From Nemertoderma westbladi (Eukaryota > Animalia > Xenacoelomorpha), in contig JAUCBJ010000104.1 of NCBI GenBank assembly GCA_032718475.1, forward strand, positions 1-51,128: a stretch of DNA of 51,128 nt, written 5' to 3'. Positions within the stretch are counted from its first letter, which is position 1. Each line of letters starts with the position of its first letter. The notes under the pieces were generated by a model. That model ran no database searches and was not told the origin of the DNA. It saw only the letters and a program-made list of their open reading frames with translations. Positions 45,001 through 51,128 of the stretch are shown piece after piece. A program made the position numbers and the translations under genes.

Positions 45001-47479
45001 ACGTAAAGATGGAACATAAAGATGGAACATAAAGATGGAACGTAAAGATGGAACATAAAGATGGAACGTAAAGATGGAACATAAAGATGGAACATAAAGA
45101 TGGAACATAAAGATGGAACATAAAGATTGAACATAAAGATGGAACGTAAAGATGGAACATAAAGATGGAACGTAAAGATGGAACATAAAGATGGAACGTA
45201 AAGATCGAACATAAAGATTGAACATAAAGATGGAACATAAAGATGGAACGTAAAGATGGAACATAAAGATGGAACGTAAAGATGGAACATAAAGATGGAA
45301 CATAAAGATGGAACGTAAAGATGGAACATAAAGATGGAACATAAAGATGGAACATAAAGATGGAACGTAAAGATGGAACATAAAGATGGAACGTAAAGAT
45401 GGAACATAAAGATGGAACATAAAGATGGAACATAAAGATGGAACATAAAGATTGAACATAAAGATGGAACGTAAAGATGGAACATAAAGATGGAACGTAA
45501 AGATGGAACATAAAGATGGAACGTAAAGATTGAACATAAAGATTGAACATAAAGATAGAACATAAAGATGGAACATAAAGATGGAACATAAAGATGGAAC
45601 ATAAAGATGGAACGTAAAGATGGAACATAAAGATGGAACATAAAGATGGAACATAAAGATGGAACATAAAGATGGAACATAAAGATGGAACGTAAAGATG
45701 GAACATAAAGATGGAACGTAAAGATTGAACATAAAGATGGAACGTAAAGATGGAACATAAAGATGGAACGTAAAGATTGAACATAAAGATTGAACATAAA
45801 GATAGAACATAAAGATGGAACATAAAGATGGAACATAAAGATGGAACATAAAGATGGAACGTAAAGATGGAACATAAAGATGGAACGTAAAGATGGAACA
45901 TAAAGATGGAACATAAAGATGGAACATAAAGATGGAACATAAAGATGGAACATAAAGATGGAACGTAAAGATGGAACATAAAGATGGAACGTAAAGATGG
46001 AATATAAAGATGGAACGTAAAGATGGAACATAAAGATGGAACATAAAGATGGAACATAAAGATTGAACATAAAGATGGAACGTAAAGATGGAACATAAAG
46101 ATGGAACGTAAAGATTGAACATAAAGATTGAACATAAAGATAGAACATAAAGATGGAACATAAAGATGGAACATAAAGATGGAACGTAAAGATGGAACAT
46201 AAAGATGGAACGTAAAGATGGAACATAAAGATGGAACATAAAGATGGAACATAAAGATGGAACATAAAGATGGAACATAAAGATGGAACATAAAGATGGA
46301 ACATAAAGATGGAACATAAAGATGGAACATAAAGATGGAACATAAAGATAGAACATAAAGATGGAACATAAAGATGGAACATAAAGATGGAACATAAAGA
46401 TGGAACATAAAGATGGAACATAAAGATGGAACATAAAGATGGAACATAAAGATGGAACATAAAGATGGAACATTGTTGTAGAATCATATCATTTTTGCAC
46501 TTATATAAATAAAGCCAAAACTACTTAAGAGTAAATATAATTAACATGAAATTAAAATACACCAACATATAACAAAAACAACGATCACACAAAATTTACC
46601 GTAGCCTCGAAAAAGTCGGTTGTTTTCGTCACCTCAAGCACCTCAGATTCAACTGGCAAAATTTGTTTTTTCTGTTTACTATCCAAATTCTAATAAAAAC
46701 AATACTAATATACTGTGTTGGGCCTACCGGGCCTACCGGGTCTTACTGTATTTAATACAAAAATAAATACATTGTTGAAGTCAATGCTGAATGCTGATGA
46801 CAAAAAGCAATCCATTAGGCCTATTCGACTAAATTCGTTTTCATTTCTACGTTATCACATAATACACGTTTCTTAAATTTATCAATTAAATTTATCATCT
46901 ATCAAAATATAATAATATTAAAATTATAATAAAACAGTAGGTCTAATTTCACGACAATAAATCAAACATATAATATGAAAATCAATACATATATATACAA
47001 AAATAAACATGTAATATATTTATATGAAAATAACAATCCAATAAATATAAAATTTAAAAATATAATAACAATAATTAAACACTTACTGTATACCGCCGAC
47101 CACAACCAAAAAATTAGCATAATATTAATTCCATAATAAATAGAAATCGAAATAAATTCAATAATAATAATAATTAATTATATATAATATAAAATACTAA
47201 ACTTTGCATTTGAACCCATCGAACACATTTATTTTAATAAAATTATATTTTGCATTTATCAACAAAAATTGTGGAAATTTTTAATAATAAAGACAACATA
47301 TAACTACGCAATGAATATAATTTAAAAAAACATAAAATACACGAAAACATGTAACCAACACCGTAATGGCGTAATCACAACAACTTTACCGTGTCCTCGA
47401 GATACTCTGTAGTTTTCACAACTTCAATCACATCAGAGTCAACAGGCCAAAATTGTTTTTTACGACTACCATGAAAATT
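21092..47479 (-). CDS. SAXO: Stabilizer of axonemal microtubules (SAXO1/SAXO2, FAM154-like), 3' exons; 5' end not found in window
   Basis: GT-AG exons with consistent phases: 47479-47390, 46689-46600, 28644-28555, 28140-28051, 24100-24011, 23426-23334, 23006-22880, 22696-22567, 22393-22185, 21222-21092. Spliced product has Mn-like repeats (HDFRTTHHTAF, PFEGRTNYTQDFVRWP, PFGGMATYRAHY, QFEGNTLYRIDF) and C-terminal CPVVELPKHGYTFAEVNPRGHRVY, resembling the SAXO1/2 C-terminus. Last four exons are more secure than the linkage to the repeat exons. Confidence 0.82.
24296..25798 (+). mobile_element. Non-autonomous PIF/Harbinger derivative with transposase N-terminal remnant
   Basis: TIR GGCCCGGGT(T/A)ACACAT, TAA TSD both sides; ~24625-24860 translates RRYWVHPINHERLLYG..LYQDL...FFIYY..RMSIPSFDELL...DSKWRKSIP, typical of Harbinger transposase N-termini; subterminal TTCAAC repeats. 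Confidence 0.85.
24900..25545. mobile_element. MITE family C, copy 2, nested in the Harbinger element
   Basis: Same termini as 9567-10109; 9-bp TSD GTATATAAC (24891-24899, 25546-25554). Confidence 0.9.
29776..30312 (+). repeat. 5' LTR
   Basis: TGTTAGCTTATTC...GGATCCCGTCACA; no difference seen by eye from 43658-44194. Confidence 0.97.
30392..36068 (+). CDS. gag-pol: Gag-protease-RT(N) polyprotein, split by frameshifts at three G homopolymers
   Basis: ORFs 30392-32065, 32154-32723 and 32850-36068 join across G runs near 32055, 32690, 32735. E/R/K coiled-coil repeats, Asn-rich tract, BEL gag core (LPPVEPFKFDG..EYLQF), CQLH..H..C and CSRC..GH...C knuckles, LVDSGA protease, YYLPLH..KLRMVVDAS..CLNDYLLEGP RT start. 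Confidence 0.9.
36043..38943 (+). CDS. pol: Pol: RT core, RNase H, integrase
   Basis: CDIEGMFNQV, FYVDD, LHMFSDASLEAYGA, PKLEL, WTDS, NPADLLSRG, H...HGG..CQTC, GVDMFGP, SDNGTNF, VERL, RWVEEYLPTL. One extra base near 36040 separates it from the upstream frame. Confidence 0.96.
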   Translation: MGKHAFTCDIEGMFNQVRVAEEDSDSQRFLWYNGEEEPPIIPAYKMVVQNMGAKSSSFTTTMAVRDTVKGKEDRYSSRAVDMIRRGFYVDDGMESGNTVEEILETGREVRDILRGSGFNLTKFQSSSEEFIREIEDKKPESTMDNPTTAKGQDMAIKRTESQQKALGIVWDRKTDELKYQLSQEGADTHTKRGYVSYIARIYDPLGLASPLLVTGKQILKRVYKLKDEWDVEVPEDIKKQWSKWTGDLERMGTYNMPRVYFPDGNMTNLDLHMFSDASLEAYGAALYLVQREGPHKPRLAFSKAKSTPPDSASVPKLELTAARLGVRATAYLVDTIPNIVETHYWTDSMVVLGWLHNEKTRYPIFVANRVDEIRASTELERWHYCPTDENPADLLSRGVERRTFLKKEALWQHGPQFLSDREAWPPMRKVDPGSEVVSEGEEGDSEGEEIYSQMVREIRDVQPGRELCDNPTDKLLSYSSSWYKTKKLVAYWRAFGNFLAGVGKDKKTRTTIDLEGAAKAVIRYEQRKNYGDEVERVGNQQHLRRDSELITLSPQLNEDGILVMNSRVGYNNSIVVPPKPIIIPTGSPIVHQIIWDSHKSILHGGTNRTLTEIRRTYWVKQLRKKVKAVVGQCQTCRRAKKERAVQEMAPLPASRVRQHDPPFTHCGVDMFGPIKIKVMRHTEKRYGIIFVCNNTRAVGIELAQDATASAFINALERFRDRKGGTIAVIYSDNGTNFVGAESEMAEALDILEGEEVRAAMRRRQVKWERRTPYAPHTLGCVERLVGSSKRLMTKLMNTHMVTEDVLRTVLAKCEGIINSRPLYPENDDPESLDVLTPSHFLMERPVTIDMRGVDPDDIHSRQSWKVAKAISAEYWRRWVEEYLPTLHKRSKWRKPNRELREGDLVIVTDDTIINNQWRLARVVGTYSDEDGRVRSVEVRIGGKIGAKDRKTYRRAVGKCCLLEGAP
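39055..39910 (+). repeat. Internal tandem hairpin array of element 1 (~26 irregular units)
   Basis: (GAGTTA)n-GTAGGTACGTAGTACCTA units; TAGGTAC-GTA-GTACCTA is an inverted repeat. Confidence 0.93.
40414..42948 (+). CDS. ORF3: DEDDy/DnaQ-like 3'-5' exonuclease domain (RNase D/WRN/Mut-7/EXD type) + three CCHC knuckles, 844 aa from first ATG
   Basis: YMILDDEG (ExoI D-x-E), LLHLAAPNGDIFLFDL, LPKAVQVLVREKSTTKVGSAIRED (ExoII), LLDMQ, YQKRYILQED (ExoIII-like); CDYCGRQTHQESSC, CLYCREPSHRMGAC, CPKCHFRGHYGREC; basic termini; uninterrupted frame. Confidence 0.85.
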   Translation: MASKLIRKRKAESGGKEILVDFTERHPEEKTRGYYERLERGHAARALQDHFREAHEQRLVGTYGTPSLDNAIFQHFHYVVKGDEAKFGIPKYPRESPRKDWKRFIESVNRGGYMILDDEGTVEDEAGSRRGTAGSARTILLHLAAPNGDIFLFDLGTYGKKDGPKLDRLPKAVQVLVREKSTTKVGSAIREDAERIIGPDATNLLDMQKVFMAMTAPDGLGVVENSGQCGAVAMGQLLGLVCHKPMDWGKFREEYGAELANSLKWGARPGKQEVYQFRRGAIKVYQKRYILQEDWMMISLLNLFMTVVIEREPGAFLLSGSPLSYRRAFKTAFDGLVDHPGLKGESVYYNSRHLVDGETDTPYQRWEQLEMDRREAKRLEEVARRERIEAEEREEEARTQSYGFEEQAGLDELHWTSSGSSGESLGRELGWTVGSPKQSTSGLQTIPIPAGAEGDQPPRKLRELEGWRATGESQGGKGHSGSIGIPGLETLPEEEDDDDEFGEIPPIERIGHSDTDWVGGRVVTASGARAFWNRSGKRTWVHEGPAMDFAGSTIRLGEQPGTAPRIVFGETMPERGGEIDVNRESNVEKFAYQRLHRPRRSLGTKDEVGRETLVLGCDYCGRQTHQESSCLYRFQRGTFCLYCREPSHRMGACPRLHNRCPKCHFRGHYGRECDWMSDEEKFTRFEEWADVGAMTRQRMKAQEFKWGFFLINQETHMEIIKRRLPFTYQEVATAASFAGVMNTQRYLDRWTPENRREFRDFLAEHVPKAMKMILWDATRGKQPGHSEGPPAKRYRALITPAPKEPTTGISKEVAAKVRKQKADDARGAVITKKRAREEDVRRYR
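43620..43657 (+). promoter_or_regulatory. Hairpin + polypurine tract before 3' LTR
   Basis: ATGCTATCTTC-TTACCGG-GAAGATAGCAT stem-loop then GGGGGGGAG abutting LTR TG; conserved at 19259-19292. Confidence 0.85.
43658..44194 (+). repeat. 3' LTR
   Basis: Direct repeat of 29776-30312 at constant offset 13,882. Confidence 0.97.
44389..46473. repeat. 13-bp minisatellite (AACATAAAGATGG)n, ~160 copies
   Basis: Continuous 13-mer with variants AACGT-, -GATTG, -GATAG, -GATCG recurring in higher-order blocks. Confidence 0.98.
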
Positions 47480-48349
47480 CTGTATGAATAAGAATGCAAT
47501 TACTGTATATGAAACAAAGAGCATAGTTAAAATATAAGACAATATAATTTTGAATTTATTATTCAATATATAAAAATATATATAATTTAAAACGTACCAT
47601 ATACAGTACTTATTTTTTTAGTATCTTTGAAAATCAATTTCGTAAAAGGTCTAAATTTAGCCAGTCTCTGCAATAGTCAAATCTTGTATTATAATATTAT
47701 AATTATTAATATAATATTATATAATATTTAATATTATATAATATTATAATACATTGCATTATTTTCGTTGTAAAAAAATGCTGCAAAAAAATATTAATCC
47801 ATTTATGAATTTAAAATCAACAAAACAAAAGAATATCAACAACAACACAAATTTACCACCACCGAACTATAAGCATACTGTATTTGATGAATTAATTACA
47901 CCATGTCCTGGAATATAGTGTCTTTATTCAGGTACCTGCCTCCCCCCCCCCCCCCCCCCCAAATTTTTCTACAAAATCGTAATGAGATTGCATGAAACTT
48001 GAAACAGAGATAGTTTCACCTCCCACCTCCTTGCTGGGTGAGCCAGAATTTTTATTTTTGCCTTCAATCTTTAGCTACAAGCGTTAAAAAAAAAGTGTCT
48101 CCATTGATATTACACCAGTTACACCGCAGTTATTCCTCTACCTTTAGCTGTGGGGCGAGCTGTGGATCTATATCTAAATGGGAAAGAAGTCGAAATGATG
48201 CCGTTCGTGGCGTATCCATAATTATAACTTCAATGTTATTTTAATTTATTTACTGAAGACGTCCGTGAGGATGAAATGGCCATATAAATAGAAACTGTTT
48301 TCGTTAACCGTGGCATTAGACCCTTTCTACAGTCATTATCCCTGAAGTT

Positions 48350-48711
48350 ATAAATCTCTGGATGGCACATTCACAAGAATGCTACGCCGGTTTCATTGTG
48401 TCAAGTACAATGCACACATCTCCAACCAGACACTATATAACATTGGAGGTATCTCATTGGTTCCCCCAAACTTGACACTATAACAAAATCGCTTTGCAGG
48501 ACATTGCTTTCGCCGTGAGGACCAGCCAGTGCATAATCTTGTACTTTGGCAGCCTCATGGAGTGAATAAGCATGGTGGACAGCCCATGACCTTCTTGAAG
48601 CGCATCTTAAAGGACACTGGCCTTGAAGATGCGGATGATCTAGCAAATGTCATGGGTGATAGGGAGTTGTGGCGGTGCAATTTTGTCGATAAGCCGGCAC
48701 AGCATTCTTAA
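48350..48711 (+). mobile_element. RTE-clade LINE 3' fragment
   Basis: KSLDGTFTRMLR ... FAGHCFRREDQPVHNLVLWQPHG ... KDTGLEDADDLANVMGDRELWR resembles the RTE ORF C-terminus. Confidence 0.75.
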
Positions 48712-48834
48712 AAATGCAGCTGCAATGCAGCATGCCGATCCTAGTAGTACATTTAAAAAATAGCTATGATAGACCCCAGATATATATTTTTCAAATCAAG
48801 AAAATTACCTTCTAAATATGAAAATAAGAAAAAA

Positions 48835-50860
48835 TAAGAAAGCGGAAGTGCATAAATACTGAAACATACCCGTTGCTATGGTAACTATATTGAATGTGCT
48901 AGAGGTTATAGACCTCTACTATGTAATGAGGAACTAAGGTATGTGCATATGATCAAAGTTGAAGTAAACTGAACATGTTATTATCAATTCCAAATTTTCC
49001 AAATTCATTCCACATTCCAAATTTTAACGGTTACCATGGCAACAGAGGCAAACTTGAATGGTCGGAAAGTAATTGTCTGGACTTGGCAACATCTAAGACA
49101 CTAGATCCAAAATTGAATTTTTTTTAGATAGTTCCGAACTATATTAAATTTGGCCGAATATATTTATTGACTTGTGACCATGGTTACAGGACTACCACAG
49201 GTCCATTTAAATTGGTTCACTACACTAGAAATCAAGAGGGTATCAGGGATAATATATTTATAATGTTAGAGGATTTTTACAAATGTGTAGCAATTATTAA
49301 TCAATGGTTTTATATTTTTCGGATATTTACTGAAAATCGGCGTTTGAAAGTCGTTTTTGAAACAGTTGCCAGGTAACCGGGTTTTACAAATGACGTCAAT
49401 GGAATCTCTGATGCTAATATGTGGCGGGTAGGTCAAGGTTAGAAGACTAGCTTTGTTGGAAAGTGGACTTTTGTAAATGACCTCCTGTTGCCATCGATAA
49501 ATAATGTTGCAAAGTTGGTTCCCCTTAAAAAATTAAAGGTATGGCAATTACCTACACAAATGCCAATTATGGGTAGTTTCTGGCAAGCATCAGCCTAAAA
49601 GCATTATAAACATCGAAATGGGAGAGGGTATTCACTTTCAGACATTTCGCCCCCTAGCGGCCGAATTGAGAACTGCAGTTTGTTCGGCGTCCTCCCCAGA
49701 CACACCCTATGGTGTAATACACATCTGCCAAGTGTCAGCCTAAAAGCATATTAATAACGAAATGGGATAAGGTTTTCACTTTCAGACATTGGGCCCCCTA
49801 GCGGTAGACTGGAGAAATGCAGACTGGTTCTAGTTCCACCCCAAACACGCAGTCTTTGTGTAGTAGACCTCTGCCAAGTATCAGCAAAAAAAGCATTATA
49901 AACAACGAAATGGGTGAAGGTTTTCACTTTCAGACATTTGGCCCCCTAGCGGCAGACTGGAGAAATGCAGACTGGTTCTCGCTCCTCCCCAAACACGCAG
50001 TCTTTGTGTGGTAGACCTCTGCCAAGTATCAGCAAAAAAGCATTATAAACAACGAAATGGGTGAAGGTTTTCACTTTCAGACATTGCGCCCCCTAGCGGC
50101 AGACAGAGGAATTGCAGATTGCTCAGAGTTCTCCACAAACACGCAGTCTATGGTGTAGCAGACCTCTGCCAAGTATCAGCAAAAAAGCATTATAAACAAC
50201 GAAATGGGTAAGGTTTTCACTTTCAGATATTTCTTCCCCTAGCGGCAGACTGGGGAATTGCAGATTGGTCAGCATCCTCCGAAAACACACAGCCTATGGT
50301 GTAGTAGACCTCTGCCACGTATCAGCTAAAAGGCGTTAATAATAACGAAATTGGAGAAGGTTTTCAGTTTCTGACATTTCGCCCCCTAGCGGCAGACTGG
50401 AGAACTGCAGATTGATCAGTGTCCTCCCAATCACACAGTCTATGGTCGGGAACATATCTGCAAAGTATCATTTAGAACAGATTGAGTCTGATGGTACAAC
50501 CACTGTTATAGAGTTTCCTGCTGGTTGACCTGTAATTTGGCCGAAAAATGGTTAGGCCTATGGAATAATAGCCCAATTTGACCACAAATACGCATTCACG
50601 CATAAATGATACATAAAATTAGCCTCGATATAACGACGTTTCACGTCCATGTGCTCGGGGCAGTCTGCATCACGTAGATGCGCATCATAAAGTAGCATAA
50701 TAGTCGAGACCCAACGTGTAGAGTGACAGAATGAACTGCTAGGCCTACTGCGCTACCGGTACCAAATTCACGAAATCTGCATTCACGCAAACAAACGCGT
50801 AAACAAACAGACAGACAGACAGACAGACACATGATATTTATATACTGTATATAGATTATC
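48835..50860 (+). mobile_element. Probable non-autonomous Helentron/DINE-like element containing a tandem repeat
   Basis: Internal tandem array, (CAGA)n microsatellite and ...TATATAGATT 3' end at ~50800-50858; boundaries approximate. Confidence 0.4.
49575..50470. repeat. Six ~147-bp tandem units
   Basis: TTCACTTTCAGA(C/T) (last copy TTCAGTTTCTGAC) at 49631, 49775, 49923, 50070, 50216, 50363; each followed by CCCCTAGCGG. Confidence 0.92.
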
Positions 50861-51128
50861 ATGTATGCATTGCATTGTTGCCAAGCTACTTATGCTGTTA
50901 TGAGATAAATAAAATGTTCTAGAACATTGTGCATTCGGAGGCTGGAATTTGCCCTCCTGCGATCAAGCTCCCCCTGTCTTCGAGGTGGACGGCGTTCCTG
51001 GCGCGGACTCGGATTCGTGGACGGCTCCGGATTGAGGGGAACCACGCCGATATGAAGACCCAACCGACTGCGGGATTCGGTCAGGACTGGGCTGGGGACG
51101 AGTGGGCGGCTGCGACACCTTCCGCCAC

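Noticed and set aside
44300-46487. Three ~715-aa minus-strand ORFs
   Set aside because: Artefact of a stop-free 13-bp satellite open in all three frames.
50930-51128. GC-rich segment at window end
   Set aside because: Too short and truncated to classify.

Overview
AT-rich animal (invertebrate-like, spliceosomal GT-AG introns) genomic DNA, not prokaryotic. Host genes, both on the minus strand and both missed by the ORF track: the 5' part of GTF2H3 (TFIIH p34/Tfb4; 479->3) and a multi-exon SAXO1/2 (FAM154)-like axonemal gene (21092 to >=47479) with at least six exons that each encode one ~30-aa repeat. A young, full-length 14.4-kb BEL/Pao LTR retrotransposon (29776-44194; 537-bp LTRs that look identical; ATCTA TSD) sits in a SAXO intron. 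After pol it carries a tandem hairpin array and then an extra ORF encoding a DEDDy-type 3'-5' exonuclease domain plus three CCHC knuckles. Three more decayed copies of this exonuclease gene lie at 5.8-6.8, 10.4-12.6 and 16.7-18.6 kb; two are very divergent and one belongs to a truncated sister element. Between the two divergent copies is an array of eight ~100-nt structured-RNA units (7.7-8.5 kb, ninth copy at 5.9 kb) with a conserved GNRA/loop-E-like core and co-varying outer stems. The best candidate for an undescribed system is this retroelement-borne 'hairpin array + exonuclease-Zn knuckle' module. The rest is MITEs, a Harbinger derivative, an RTE LINE fragment, a 13-bp satellite and a ~147-bp repeat carrying CTCF-like sites. 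All calls were made by eye; no searches or folding programs were run.
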